From contig OX597832.1 of NCBI GenBank assembly GCA_951406725.2, positions 10,850,001-10,914,000 of the forward strand: a DNA stretch of 64,000 nt, written 5' to 3'. Numbering within the stretch: the stretch's first letter is position 1; every line of letters begins with the position of its first letter. The position numbers and the translations under genes are program-made. Of this stretch, positions 1-14,100 are shown in pieces. A model generated the notes under the pieces. That model worked only from the letters and a program-made list of their open reading frames with translations. It did not search any database and had not been told where the DNA came from. Source of the stretch: Octopus vulgaris. Taxonomy: Eukaryota.

Positions 1-639
1 ATTATTGTAGATATTTTATTCAGAAAACCACTAACATTAATTGTGTAAGTAGCGGTATGCGTGAAATAGTTTTCAATACTTATTTCTAAAAGTGCGACAT
101 TGATTTTACCCTTATAAACGCTAACACATACACGTAGGCACCGAGATACACTAATATCCATGTGTGTATGTTTGTGTGTGTGCAAAGCTTCCGTGGTTTT
201 TTGAGTCTGTGTATGTATAAATTACACATGTATGCATGTTTATATATTTCCTTGTATGTATGTATGCGAGTAGGGAGATTGAAGCTGGAAACAGTAACAC
301 AGAATTTACTCCTGCAAAGAGTAATAAAAATAAAAATTTATGTAAACAAAGGATGAATTTTCAAGAGATACTGTATTGAAGAGAATTTCATACAAGGAAG
401 ATACCTAAGCGACAAGCAATTGTACGTAAAAGTGTGTGTGTGGTTGCATTTGCATTTCTCAATATGCGTTTATTTGCATCAATATAGAAGTGACAATAGG
501 TGTGCTTGTGTGTGTTTATGTGTGTAAGCGTACGTTAGTTTGTACGATTAAAGGAAAACGAAGGATTGGAAGTATTTTCAAGGAAGTGTTGGAGCGAACT
601 GTTGAGATTTCCTGTTTCAATATATTTTTTTGTATGTAC

Positions 640-876
640 ATTTGTATATATATACACAAAGATATGTGTGTACACATATATATATATGTGTGTGTATACA
701 TATATATATATATATTTATATATATATATACATATATATATATTTATATATATATATACATATATATATATTTATATATATATACATATATATATATACA
801 TATATATATATACATATATATATATACATATATATATACATATATATACATATATATATATACATATATATATATT

Positions 877-916
<40 letters not shown>

Positions 917-1072
917 CATATATATGTATACACTTATATATGCATATATATATTGTATATATATATGTAAATATATCGATATATATATATATATAAACAT
1001 ATATATATATATATGTAATACATACATCTATGTATGTATGTATGCATTCATATATGTGTGCATATGTGTGTG
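640..1072. repeat. Long (AT)n/(ATAC)n microsatellite tract
   Basis: Near-continuous TATATA with interspersed C/G; it explains the YIYIYI ORFs at 436-1073. Confidence 0.97.
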
Positions 1073-2047
1073 AACGCGTTTTACTTTAACGATTCTTTTT
1101 ACAATTACTTTTTCACTAAAGAACTTTATCTCATGCCAAATAATTTTTTGGCACGTTGCTTCATCATTGCTGCAACGATGAATACACGCGTATATACGTT
1201 CGATTACACATGGTTACTTAGTTGAACGCATTTGAATAGGAACAGAAGCTTACTCGCTCGCTCAGCACTGATCATAGATTCAATCGCGTACCTGTAGTTG
1301 TATGCTTTCAATGCATGTTCACTGAAGCGTGTACAAGCCAAACATTTAAACGTACGTGCACGTATATATATATATATATATATATATATACGCAGAGTGT
1401 ATTCACCTAATTTGTGTGTTTAGATGATTACATGTTTTTGTGTGAAGATATGTGCGTATATGCCTTTTTATCTTTTCTACTGAATTTTTTTTCCCGTTAC
1501 CAAGATAAGAAAAAAAAAATCTCTTATAATGAATGCATTGTGACTGTCACTGATCATGTGATATAATTTATCAGTTTTGCGTTTGTAGGAAGACATCTAT
1601 TTCTATCAATTTGATGGGTTTAATTGAAGAAGTTTTGTAGGGAATTTTAAAACGTGTGAAAGTAATTTAGCAATGAAATAAAAAGAGACAAACAAAGGTT
1701 TTGTAATAGATTTCTCTGTTATGATAAGATATTTCTATTATATACAGACGCACGCATTTTGCTTAGCAATACTGTTGAAGAACCTTGTTTTCTTAATCCG
1801 TATTTATCGTTCCATTTAATTACACCACATATTCATTAAGAAACACCCACTCACTCACATTTAGTATACGGAGAAAAAATAATGATACTGTCTTAGAACT
1901 TTCAGCAATTGATGCAAAGCAATAAACTTTGAAGTTACTGACAATTGCGTCGATTACATTTCATCATCTCAGAATCTAATTATTCACGAACACACATGCA
2001 CGTGAACGCATGCAAAAAGCACGTCTCTGTGTGCACATAAAGAAATG

Positions 2048-2375
2048 TACATATATATATATATGTATATATATGTGTGTGTGTGTTTATATATAAACAC
2101 ACATTTATATATGTATATATGTTTGTGTGTGTATATATATATATATATTTATTTATATACATACATACATATATATGTATGCATATAAATATATATATAT
2201 ATATATGCATTCATACATACATACGTATATATATATTTTTTTTTACTGCTATTTCTAAAATTCGGTATGTGGTGAAGCAACTCTCTGCTGAACCCTAATT
2301 ATAAAGTATATATATATATATATACATATATATACATATATATATATATATGAGTAACAATGAAGGGTTATGAGT

Positions 2376-2420
<45 letters not shown>
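2048..2420. repeat. Compound (AT)n/(GT)n microsatellite cluster
   Basis: Several AT/GT dinucleotide tracts read directly from the sequence. Confidence 0.95.
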
Positions 2421-2421
<1 letters not shown>

Positions 2422-3000
2422 TACATCTATGGATTCCTTGGTATGTACTGGAGTCTCGGTAGACTTATAAGCATGTGTGAACGTGTGTTCACATGTTTAA
2501 ACGTTAGTCTTCTAAAACAAGTCGGCTTCATTATCACACCACGCAGCATTTTACGAGATATTTGCTGTTCATTTTAACAAAACAGTATCGTCGTTTCAAC
2601 GTCTGCAGGAAATGCTTTGAACTATAATGTAGGAGCGTGAGATTTATTTCAATATTTGAAAACAAGTAAAGTTTACCTAAACAATGTTATGCCACTAGTA
2701 CGTAACGATTTAAAATTCTATCACTGACACATCGCAAGTCATCTTAGATTTTCAGCAATAACATTTACTATTATTTACTTTTTTTGTATATATATATTTA
2801 CATTTCAACGTAACGCGGATGTTTATTTGCCTTGTGCTACTAATTTCAGTTAACATCCTTTATCATTTAGTGTATCCGGAATTGGTTTAGGATATTTTTT
2901 GCTTCTATTTATATATGCGCGTATCATTTGCTTGTGGGTGGTTGATTTATATGCATATACATTTATAACAAGATGTATACACGTATATGTTTGTGTGAGT

Positions 3001-3025
3001 GTATATATATATAAATATAAATATA

Positions 3026-3083
<58 letters not shown>

Positions 3084-3098
3084 TGTGTATGTATATAC
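3001..3098. repeat. (AT)n microsatellite
   Basis: Nearly pure TA run read directly. Confidence 0.95.
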
Positions 3099-5020
3099 AC
3101 CGAACATATTTATTTTACTCCGACTATTCACTGAAATGCCATTAAAATTTAATTTTGATGAAGACAATAGTTTTTGACTGTAACGAGGTAATATACAGGA
3201 CTGCAGTGTAAACAACGAATGAAATTTTTAAAATCTTAATGTCTATTAATTTATTTACCTGGTATGTGAGTATTTATAGGTCTGTGTATTTGTGTCTGCA
3301 CTTGTGTCTCAGTACATATGCAAAATAAGATGTATCTCTTGAAAACGTGTTTTCAATGTATTTTTCTATAACATGACATAATGGACGTTTGTATGCACAA
3401 TAATTTCATGAAATATCCTGATAAGTTGTATGTATTCATTTATCCATTTAAAATTTTTTTTTCTCCATCTTCCAAATATCTTCTTACCATCTAAACAACT
3501 TCTGGTGCCATCGATTTGATGATAAGTTTCGTGTAATTTATGAGGATATAATACGTTTGAAAGTTTCCCTTATAAAACCTATTCCGAATTCAATTCATTT
3601 CCGTAAGAATATTAATCGAAGCGAGGATAAGATTTTCCAAACACCGCAAACTCTTATCTTATTTAATGCCCGTTTGAGTCTTTTCACTCTTATGCAAAAC
3701 GGAAAATTAAATACGCATTATTTTACCATATTAACCAACTATTTTCTTTATTTCCCCCCCTTTCCCTCACAGTTGTGAAGAAATTTATTATTTTTATATT
3801 CTCTTAGATCAATTTCCATGAATGTTCCAATAAAAGACACGACATATATAATTTTATGTGGAATATAAATGAGCATCGCTTTTGTTATATACTTTTATTA
3901 TATGAAATCTTTAAGAGAATGGAACTTTCACAAATGTTTTATTTTAATATATTTCTTGCAACTTCCTCCATAATGAAGTACTCAATTTTCGTTGCGTTCT
4001 CATATAGATTATTATTAACGCTAGCCATATAATCGTTTGACATCGTTGCTAGTGTCTGGAGGTGGGTGTATATCTAATGATTATACCTGGACCGATTTCT
4101 CTTTAAAACGAAAACATATATTTACAGGTTGTTGTTCCGTTTGATGGTGATGTACCGGAAATATTGGAAACAGATGCGAGTTAAAAATAGGGAGTTTTGA
4201 AATATTTCCTTGCTTTCTCTCTACTTCTTAAGATCAATCCCTCATCGGTTTCTCTTTAACTTTCATCCTTGCCCTGGTCTGTAATATCAGAAATATGAAT
4301 AAATTTGTTCGATCAAATCGTCAATTATTTTGTAGTCTTACAAATGTGTTGTTTTTTTTTGCCGGTAAAGGAAATCAGTTTCCGTGATATCTAAATTTAC
4401 GTGTTAAAGCCTATAATAACTATACTATCTTCCCACGATAAATGAATCAGCTACGCTATACTCCATTCCTCATCTTAAACCTGCTAGTTTTAAGATAACT
4501 TCTTGAATTCAATATTATCAAATATATTTCATATAAGTCGAAACAACTACATTGCAAAGTTTAGTTCTGTACAAGGTGACATTGAAGCATTTTATATGTC
4601 AATTGCTATAGCTAACGGTGTCCTCTAAAATACGCCCTAATAACCTGCTTTCTCTATCCCAAATCTCTTCAAAGTGATATTTATAAGAATAAGTCGCGTT
4701 TTCAAGAAATAAGAAAATATTCAAGAAATGTCGAGATTATATTAGCAAATGTTACCAATCGTTGGAATTTCGAGTATATATAGCCTCTGTAAAAAATGTA
4801 CAGCTTCTGTAAAAATAAACAGACTTTGTAAATATTGAAGGACAAGAAGGAGCTACGAGATTACTATTTACAGGTACCTACTTATTCAAGAAATCTGACA
4901 AATTCTTCGTTCCCGTTTCCCTTCTATTTGTCATCCACTGTTGTATGCATGCATACATACATATAAGCATAATGCATAAATACACACACATATAAATACA
5001 TATATCTAGCTATCTCTCCA

Positions 5021-5058
<38 letters not shown>

Positions 5059-7072
5059 CAATTTGCACACTATATCTCTATCTATTTTCCAACTAACTTC
5101 CTCTACCTTTCTCAATATATGAATGTTAGAATATTAAATATCACTCCGTGTCATGTTTGAAGTGACTTTCACACAATATGCAGTTCCTTTTTGGGTCAAA
5201 ACCTACGTATGAATCGTTTGGTACGTCAATATTTATTGTTTATTTCTTTTTTTTTGCTTCAATATGGTTTTCTAGTGCTTTTGCATACTCTTTGCACCTA
5301 CAACCACAGCAAGCTATGCTGCTGTAATATGAGAAATACATGGTGAAGCAGTTATAGTATTGCTTTTCTTCATGGGCAATTACTTGAAGTGAATTAAAAT
5401 TGTTCCATTGAAAATCCAAGCCGAACAAGTTTGCTACTCCTTTTTCACATTCTTTTTCAGAATTTATTCACGCTGTCTAATAAAATTATTTTGCTGCATA
5501 AAATATTGTTTGACTAGTAAAAGTTATTGTATTCTAGACCTCTATGTCTCTAAACTGCCATCTTTATATTACCTAACATGTATAACTTTAAGGAAATAAA
5601 GCGAAATTGAGGATTTTTATTTCTCTAGATATTGTTTTTGTTAATATATTCAGTAGTAACATCAATAGCTCTAAATGAATCCGAATAATAAACTGTGTTT
5701 TAGAAAAGGTGATTCTAAGGTATAATCGAAAAATTGGAAAAAAAAAATACTTCCATATAGAATCACGTTCCCTGCGAATATTGGTAAATCCATTAACATA
5801 TATAGTGATCTTGAAATAATGTGCTTTTTCATGAGGAAAAACGCCACACTATCTCGATTTTTTGATTAAAAGTCGATATTTAATGGACATTTTTTGATAG
5901 AAGCTATTCGAAACAACACTTGCGTTTGTTCTTTTTTTAGTGTTCGGAATATATTGGTGCTTACGTTATCTAAATCTGATAAGAAATCTCAAATTTATCA
6001 TGTCAATAACCACACTGAAGTACAACTATTGCATTTAAAACAATTAAGTTTCAATTCCAAAGAATTCATCAGCTTCTAATACGGAACTGCTTTCATTTTG
6101 TTCTTCCTAATTGTTTAGTCAATTGAAGGAAATTGATGTATAAGCATTTGGTAGTTGAAAATTCATAGCAGAAATATGGATTTAAAGGAGATTTTTATAA
6201 GTAAGAATTCAGTGAAAATCATAATAAAGTTGATTACAACGGGTATTTCTTTACCTATAGTTTGAATTACGACGGGTGTTTCTTTACCTGTCGTTATATA
6301 TTTAGTCACAAAATGATATTTTGAAAAACATTAAAGTGTGTAATCCGCATTTGCAAAAACGTGTTCAACGAAACAAGGATCAGAATGGATAAACAATTTC
6401 TCCCTCGATGGTTATTAATTCTTTCTCTACAGGCGGCGGCTCCTAGGCGCAATAATTACACTGCTTCGGCAAAATGAGTTGAGCTTTTTATACCAACTCT
6501 TTAAATTCTAAAATCGAGCACAATTCAGTTTTGCTCTCCACCTCTCCGGAGTTGATGAGATAAAAGAACTGTTATGTATTTTTGTGCGTTTAATAGAGTA
6601 AAACTCAACACCAACATTTCTGCTTTTGTACCTATATTAAAAGCAATTATTTTATTTTTGATCCCTGTCAGTACTTTCGCCATTCGTCATTCGCATGACA
6701 TTATCTACAGTGATTTCAACTGTATCCACAATTAGTATCAGTCATTGAAAATCTAATGTGCTAAATGCAATGTCGTTTGAATCGGTCAGATTGGGAGCAT
6801 GTTAAGTAGAAGACTTTCATTATCGTGAAAAATCAAGGTTACAGTGACTGGCCCTAACAGCATTTTGCTTTTGTCAGTAAGGCCTTGGATTATTTCAGTC
6901 ATAAATATTTACTGGCCATGAACACGTGCAAGTATTTATTACACCAGCTGCCATAACCAACTCTGGTATTGAAGCAAAATTGAGACAACTGAGAATGTTT
7001 CTATGTTTTCTCAGCACAGCATACGTACAGAAAAACATCAGTAAAAGCGGAAAGACAGAAAATGTTATCAAG

Positions 7073-8065
7073 TATTGAGTCATCCCATGAATAATGCAAT
7101 TTTTTCAATTGCATGAACTAAAAGTCGGAGAGGGACAGGATAAACTACCTGCATCGACTTGCTATAAAAATAGGTAGTATTTTCACATTGTCCTTATTCT
7201 GAGAGCAAGTTTTGAAGAGTGCAGTCCGATGTTAACAGTTAATTTTTCAAAGCTATAATAGAAGTGACAATGGAACATATTCTGCATAATTTGATTTATA
7301 AGTTCAAAAAACTGCAACAACGTAATGGAAGGCGCGAGAAATATTGATGCGGTATATGGGGGGCGGACAAAAAGCGTAGTTCTAGAAATTCCAAACCGGA
7401 TGCTACTGCCTAGAAGACTAGCCTCATCCTGGGAGATCGGTAGAGCCCGACGAGAGTGTTCTTCAAATCTTGGTAGAAGAAAATCCCGTCGTAGCTGTTG
7501 AGGAACTAGCAGAGAAGCTTGTATTTTGTAATTCAACAATTCATCAACACCCGTGTGCTTTTGGAAAAGACAGCAAATTAGGTCAGTAGGTTCCTCACAA
7601 TCTTTCTCAGTCTTATCCCGCGCAGAGAGTGAATGTGTGCTCTTCTTTGCTGTCATGTCTAACGAATGAATATTTTGGGGACCAAGTATTGATTGGTGAC
7701 GAGAAATGGTTTTCTATAAAATTGTCAAGCGCCGAAAATACTGGGTAGGGAAGGGAGAAACGCTGGTGCCCCAGGCTAAAGAAAGTATTCCCACACGTAA
7801 GGTTTTGTTAAATGTTTGGTGGAATATGAAAGGTTTAGTTCACTTTGAACTTTTAAACCCAATCCAGACGACGACAAATGAGATCTACTGCAAACAGCCG
7901 GAGAGGCTTTAGTCAGCGCTAGAAGGAAAACGAACATCTTAGGTTCAAGAAGAAAGGTGTTATTCCATCAGGTTAATACCCGGCCACATATAGAGAGGAT
8001 GACATTCCAAAGGCTGGGGCAGTTTGAATGGGAAATGATGCCCCACCCACCGAATTCGCCGGCTT
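7073..8065 (+). mobile_element. Decayed mariner (Tc1/mariner DD34D-type) transposon: 5' end plus transposase pseudogene, 3' truncated
   Basis: Frameshifted translation keeps mariner motifs in order: GQ*VPHNL (WVPHEL, ~7581), IGDEKW (TGDEKW, ~7692), KVLLNVWWNMKGLVHFELL, FHQVNTRPH (HQDNARPH, ~7964), MPHPPNSPA (HPPYSPDL, ~8038). A TA followed by a TIR-like start, TATTGAGTCATCCCATGAATAATGC, lies at 7073. Confidence 0.9.
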
Positions 8066-9162
8066 ATTCTTTTGCGTCTAAGTTTATTTATTAAACCGAT
8101 ATTGCGCTAAAAGTCCTACCTTATCAATTCCATAAAAAGCGAGAGATGAAATATGTATTCCTCAATTATATTTGTTGTAGGTTTACTACACGCGCATTTA
8201 AGACGTAAATTCATTCAAAAATTAATAAATCTATGAATTTTATCGCATTTATATTGTTTTCTGTTGAGTCGTTAGAGAAACAGAGATACCTAAACCGATT
8301 ATCAAATGAAAATAAGTAATTGAGGCTAGACTGAGTCACTGCTGCATTAAAATTACAAACATAACTAAAACATTTAAAGATTAAAATATTCAATTCACGT
8401 GATTTTTCTAGATAACACGGATTTGTAATTAAACAAAATTAGATGATGGTATTCACGAAGTTTCTATAATTAAAGTATTATAATAAAGATTAATTACTAA
8501 CTTACCAAGAGTGTTTATTCGTACTAAATATTATTACGAAGTATATGCAAATATATTGCTCTCACTCTGATATGAAAATAAATTAAATTTTCCTGATACA
8601 TAAGACCTTCGTAAAGGTATTTTCTCCTCTTCATTAAACCTCACAGTGGACAGTAAATGATGGCTCGAATAGACGATGCCAATTTTATTATATTAAATTT
8701 TATCAGCAATAGATTACGCAACATTGTTAAATTGAATCTATTGCGAGTGTTGTTACGATTATAAGTAACACAGCTTGACTGATTTGAATTTAAGACACAT
8801 TTTTCGAACGTTAGTTCAATGGCATACACTACTTCTTGCCAGCAGTGCTTATATTTCATTGTAATTATTAATTAGATGACACCAGTTCTATTTAGTAGAT
8901 TCAATCTATTTTATTCTATGACAGCAGAAATTTAATTTCGAGTTGTATTCTTAGATAAAGTTCAATCCATAGCAATTATATCCCAATCATACATTTTCAT
9001 ATATATTTTAGTGCGTTTGATTCTAAATTTAAAATTAACAATCAGTAATCATACACGTTCAGTATAGTTTATTCAGTCCAATACAACTATATTATAATCG
9101 TACATTTTCATATATATATATATCTTAGTAGGTATTGTTCTAAATGTAAAATTAACAATCAC

Positions 9163-9293
9163 TATTCTATTGTGTCTGGGGAGAGTCATTTTCTTTTTGT
9201 GCCTTATAATGTATCACACTCACCGGTAAACTTTCCACTTATTTCTTATTTTTATTTTCCTAAAATCTTTGTTGCGTCTTGCAACCTTTTCAA
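9163..9293. repeat. Short interspersed repeat fragment, with a second partial copy in opposite orientation at 22995-23043
   Basis: TTGTGTCTGGGGAGAGTCAT (9170-9189) is the exact reverse complement of ATGACTCTCCCCAGACACAA (23024-23043), and similarity extends into the flank. Confidence 0.65.
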
Positions 9294-10902
9294 TCAGTAA
9301 TTATGTACATTATCAATCAGTAATCATATACGTTCATTAATCATATTCCTTTGAGTCGAATTTATTCAGTCCTGAGCTATATATATTGCTGTATTAGATA
9401 TACTTCTTACTCAACTAATTTACCTAAATCTTAGTGGAAAAATAACCACACTCCGAAACGTTGAAATTTCCTCTGTTTACTGCAAGTAAGTGAATACAAA
9501 AGAAATAAAATTAATTCTGTTGCATTTTCTATTTTGTTACTTATTCTTTTTCTGTTCTCCAAATCACTGATATCAGTGAGAAACTTCTCACATATTTTAA
9601 ATATGTATTTTGTTGTAAAAACACTCTCTAACAAAATAGTAGAGGACTAAACTATACAAATTTCATATAGAACTGTGTTACTGTAATTGAAAAGAGCTAA
9701 TTCTGAAAAATGTTAGACAACACATAAAAGTTGCCATTTCACAAGACTATAAAATATGCATAGATGCTGTGTTTTATTCAGACAGAATGACAACAAATAG
9801 AATGAAAAGAAATTTTATAAAATAAATTAAACATTCTGGTATCGAGAATTATATATATATTCAAATTTTGTAGATATATTTCGGTTTCTTTTTGTAAAAC
9901 CTCAATAGAATCTCTATTTTTAATTCAATTTTTTTATTTATTTATTTTTGGCACGTTTTCAAAATCTTTCAGTTAGTCTCAAACAACGCATTGAAAACAT
10001 AATCGGAAATAAATAGCAACATCTACGAGAGTTTGTATAAAAGATTGCGTTTGTTTCCTAACGGGAATATTGGGTCGCATATATAATGTGGAGAGAAAAA
10101 TATATATATATTTGTTGTTTAGCCCCAAGTACGCCTTCTTTAAGCAAACATGTTATCAAATGCATTCTGGTTCTAACTATTTCTTCTGTTGTTTCTGACA
10201 TATAAAGTATAATTTTCTTCATGTTTCTCCTTGCTTACAGGCAAGTGTAGATCCAAACTCCAGTCATACTAAAATTTATCACGCCATAGATGTTTTGTGG
10301 ATGTTGCATCCTGTGTCCAAATAACACCTAAGTAAAATACATAGCATATCCTTATGAGAGGAAGATCATTCACTAACATTGAATGCAGTCCCAAAACATG
10401 ACCACAGTTCAATGAATGAAACCAGAAACTTAATCAGGAAAAAAGTATGAATCAATTCTATTGTTAGGTGAAACGAAATAACGAAACAAATCGAATGATT
10501 CTGTTTTGTTCGGTTTTGATTTCATTCAGTTCCGAGAAATACATCCTTTATTATAAAATAATTAGTTGTGCATATCAAAAAGCAATGAGTCAGTTACATT
10601 TTTATGCTTTTCTTTTGCATTGTAAGGGAATATAATAGCCCATTAGAGGACTACTTTGCCTGTAGTCCAGGTATTGAATTATGTAAATAAAGAATATTAG
10701 TAATGCTTTCTGATTACATATTGTAAGGAACCTGTATTTTCCATTAATTGATAATGTGCTTTATCTACAAACGCGCTATAACCTGAGTTACAAGCTACAT
10801 ATTTAAAGCTTTTTCTTTATTATACATGTTTTCAAATAGACACATTGTTAGGCGAGCAACGGAATGTAAGCTGGCATAAATATTTTACATATATATACAT
10901 AC

Positions 10903-10935
<33 letters not shown>

Positions 10936-10947
10936 CGCATATATATG

Positions 10948-10991
<44 letters not shown>

Positions 10992-10999
10992 AGTGTGAG

Positions 11000-11135
11000 T
11001 GAGTGGTAATTAGCTTGCTTACAAACCACATGGTTCTAAGTTCAGTCCCACTGCATGGCACCCTGGACAACTAATTTGTACTATAGCCTTCAGAGCAGAT
11101 TTGTCAGAGGAGAAAATGAAAGAAGCCCGTCGTAA
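11000..11135 (+). mobile_element. tRNA-derived SINE family A, 5' fragment
   Basis: GTGGTAATTAGCTTGCTTACAAACCACATGGTTCTAAGTTCAGTCCCACTGCATGGCACC matches the heads of the copies at 22357 and 41424. Confidence 0.85.
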
Positions 11136-11849
11136 TTATATATATTTTCTCATCGTTCGGCATTTACGTACATATATATATATATGGAAAGAGAGAGAGA
11201 GAGAGAGAGAGAGATTTACAGAGAAATGAATCATCGTACAATACTACTACGATGAATAGACTGTAAGTAATGAGTTTTTACCTAAAAAAATTATGAATTT
11301 ATATCCACCTTCAAAATTATATTTTTTGTAGTATATCCCCTCGTGTTACGATAAAACCTTTGAATACTCAGTGAAATAAAATAAAAAGCACATAAATTAA
11401 TTGAAAATGATAAGGACATGCTTTGGTATGCCAAAATCTTGACACCTTCAACGCACTATAACTCATATCTGATTTCAGATACATCTTTTAGGTCGTAACT
11501 TCCGTTTGTTCGAAGTTCATAGTTCGCAGCGTGATGCGATTGGAACTGACAGGCATATGGCTCTGATTTTCTTCGTGGTATTTTATATTCCTTCTATAAA
11601 CTAAAATAGATATATACTTATGGTAAATTACATTGTGTTATAGCTCAGCAAAATTCCATCGAAAAATTGTAAAATTTTAAATTGAGATATTTTAAAAATA
11701 ATATAATTGAACCATTTCATAAAGAATTATTTTGCAAAGATGACAAATATTTTTTCTTGTCACACACACAAACACACGCTCGCAAAACACACACACACAC
11801 ACACACACTCAGACACACTTACGTTATATAAATAAGAACGTAAAACTGC

Positions 11850-12224
11850 CCTCTCTTCGGTGGCCACCTAATTTTTAGGTTTCCTCACATTTCTTAGCCC
11901 GCTCGGTCTTCTGATTTGTCCACGTATGTTTATGTCTTGTGGGGAAACCTCAAGGCACGTATATATTCTCAGAAGCCCCGTACGTTGAACTATCGACCAA
12001 TTCGACAGAGTAATGCTGGAGAGAGGAGAAGCCAACTTACAAGAACGCCTTCAGAAATGCATCGATTAAAACAGACACCACATGATGGATGTTGTTTTCC
12101 ACTCTTCATTTTGACAATTGCTAATTAAATACAAACAAATTGATGTCAATAAAATTTGTTTACGGCAAAATTAATAATTTTATGAATTTCTCAAAAGCGC
12201 CTCTCCGCTCTGTCCCACCCTATA
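11850..12224 (+). mobile_element. Tc1-like transposase 3' remnant with putative 3' TIR
   Basis: Translates to *PARSSDLSTYVYVLWGNLKARIYSQKPRTL...LQERLQKCID*NRHH, matching the Tc1/Tc3-type C-terminus WPPRSPDLxPxDFxLWGxLKxxVY...RLxxCIxxxGxH. It ends in CCCACCCTATA. Confidence 0.75.
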
Positions 12225-12368
12225 TGAACACATTTTACGGGATAAATTTCTTGTAGGAGAACGTTTTACGACAGCTTGCAATGTTTCATCAAGAAGGAAA
12301 TGGGAAGATAACTAACACTTATGATATTACGTTTATTTTGATGAAGGGAAATGGTATGTAAGACAGTC

Positions 12369-12600
12369 GGCGAGCTGGCAGAGACGTTAGCACGCCGGGC
12401 GAAATGCTTAGCGGTATTTCGTCTGCGTTACGTTGTGAGTTCAAATTCCGCCGAGGTCGACTTTGCCTTTCATCCTTTCGCGGTCGATAAATTAAGTACC
12501 AGTTACGCACTGGGGTCGCTGTAATCGACTTAATACCTATGTCTGTCCTTGTTTGTCCCCTCTGTGTTTAGCCCCTTGTGGGTAATAAAGAAATAGGTAT
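12369..12600 (+). mobile_element. tRNA-derived SINE family B, near full length
   Basis: GGCGAGCTGGCAGAGACGTTAGC (A-box-like), GAGTTCAAATTCC (B box), tail GCCCCTTGTGGGTAATAAAGAAA; highly similar to 24468-24690 and to the reverse complement of 27012-27222. Confidence 0.92.
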
Positions 12601-12912
12601 GTGAAAGAATTAGGTGACAAATTAAATGATGATCCTCATGATGATCCTGATATTGGTGATGAAGGTTTTGTCTTATTTGCAATAGATGAGGGGCTTGCAT
12701 AACAAGTTATTAAAGGAAGAGGTGTGTGAGAAATGTTATACCAATTATACATAAAGTACAAAAATGTGTGGAAACATACAGGATGCACTACCTAAAACAG
12801 AGAGATCCAAAAAAGCAAAAGCACAGTTCCATGATACCTCTGACTACCCAATCAGTCATCGCTCAACCGTTCTTCTAAATGCTGGACATCACCACCACCA
12901 CCACCACCACCA

Positions 12913-13085
12913 CTGGCAGAATCGTTAGCACGACGGGCAACATTTACTGTCTGAGTTCAAATTCCACCGAGTTCCACTTTACCTTCAATCCATCTGGCGA
13001 CGATCAATTCATTACCATTTGAGCACTAATCGACTTACCCACTCCTTCGAAACTGCATGTCTTGTGCCAGAATTTAAATCCATTA
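12913..13085 (+). mobile_element. SINE family B, degenerate copy
   Basis: CTGGCAGAATCGTTAGCACG...GAGTTCAAATTCCACCGAG is similar to the copy at 12369. Confidence 0.75.
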
Positions 13086-13089
13086 TTTA

Positions 13090-14100
13090 TTTATTTTATT
13101 ATCTTATCTTATCTTCTCCTGAGTTATCTATGTCACCTTTCGGTTCCATCCCGCAGCTTAGCGACGCATCACTTTTCTCAACACCTAAGACGTTCCAACT
13201 ACTGCTGGCAATTGAATGCTTCCTAAGATATTTGATATTTGCAGCTTTTGATGCCAAACTGTTGCTACCTTTGTGATAGTCCCAAGTGCATCGATTACAA
13301 CAGGGGCCGCGCTGTAAGGATATGTTTCATTTCCAATGCTATGTCTTGGTACTTTGCGACATTCTCGCACTCCATTTTCACAGTATTTTGGGTTGGTCTG
13401 CAACTATATTTACGTCGATGAAGGTCTCTTCTTCTAACACCTTCCATACGAGAGTAATATTTGGTCGGTTATCTTGCAGCTTCTTATTTGTGTAGATTGG
13501 CATATCCTATGTGAGTTTCACTCGATCCTTGTCTGCAACTAGCAAATGTGGAAACTCTTAACACTAGTTGGAAAATTCAAGCTACTACACACTTCTTGCT
13601 CAACAGCCGATGCATTCGCACCGTCAGTTTGTCATGGCGTTTTTTGTAATCCGTTTGGGCCCGTTTAAATAACTAATTACATGTCTGTATCAGATAATTT
13701 TTCACATGGTTCTACACAGAAGTGATGCCGCTGTCTTAACGATGCTACACTTGTTCTTCAGCAGCAAGTATCAGTCTTTCTCACTCCTTCAAAAAAATAT
13801 TTTTCCAGAATTCTTCTTCAGCTTCATCCGATGATTGTTAGAAGATCTATCCATATCTTTCTTTCTCATTCCAGTTGATGAAATTTTCACTATTAGTTCT
13901 CAAATAATATCGGAGGTTCTCACAATTGCCACTGATCCCCTTCTCCCTTAGTGCAGCCTGCAACATTCTATATTTACTATTCCTCTGATAGGCATGAAAA
14001 TATTTATTCTCCTTCACAACGTTACCCACTTCTACCTTTCTTCCCAACTAAGGAAAGCATTGTTACGCTCCTTCTAATATGAAGTCACCCATACATAACC
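13090..14100 (-). mobile_element. 3' remnant of a non-LTR retrotransposon with restriction-like endonuclease (R4/Dong/NeSL-like)
   Basis: Minus-strand fragments in the expected order: RLILAAEEQ (cf. LICAAQEQAL), KYQDIALEMKHI (RLE K..KY.DL..E motif), PVVIDALGTITK (cf. PVVIGALG). Many stops and frameshifts. Confidence 0.65.

Noticed and set aside
436-1073. Long ORFs up to 186 aa (also those near 2000, 2900, 21000, 31800, 38500, 47100)
   Set aside because: [12 protein letters not shown] translations of stop-free dinucleotide microsatellites; not genes.
4128-4200. VVVPFDGDVPEILETDAS resembles the Ty3/gypsy RNase H start (PFILETDAS)
   Set aside because: Only ~18 codons followed by stops, with no flanking RT or RNase H motifs; likely chance.
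6035-6080. Minus-strand CUGAUGA...GAAAC spaced like a hammerhead
   Set aside because: Helix II forms only by consuming core A9, and helix I does not pair.
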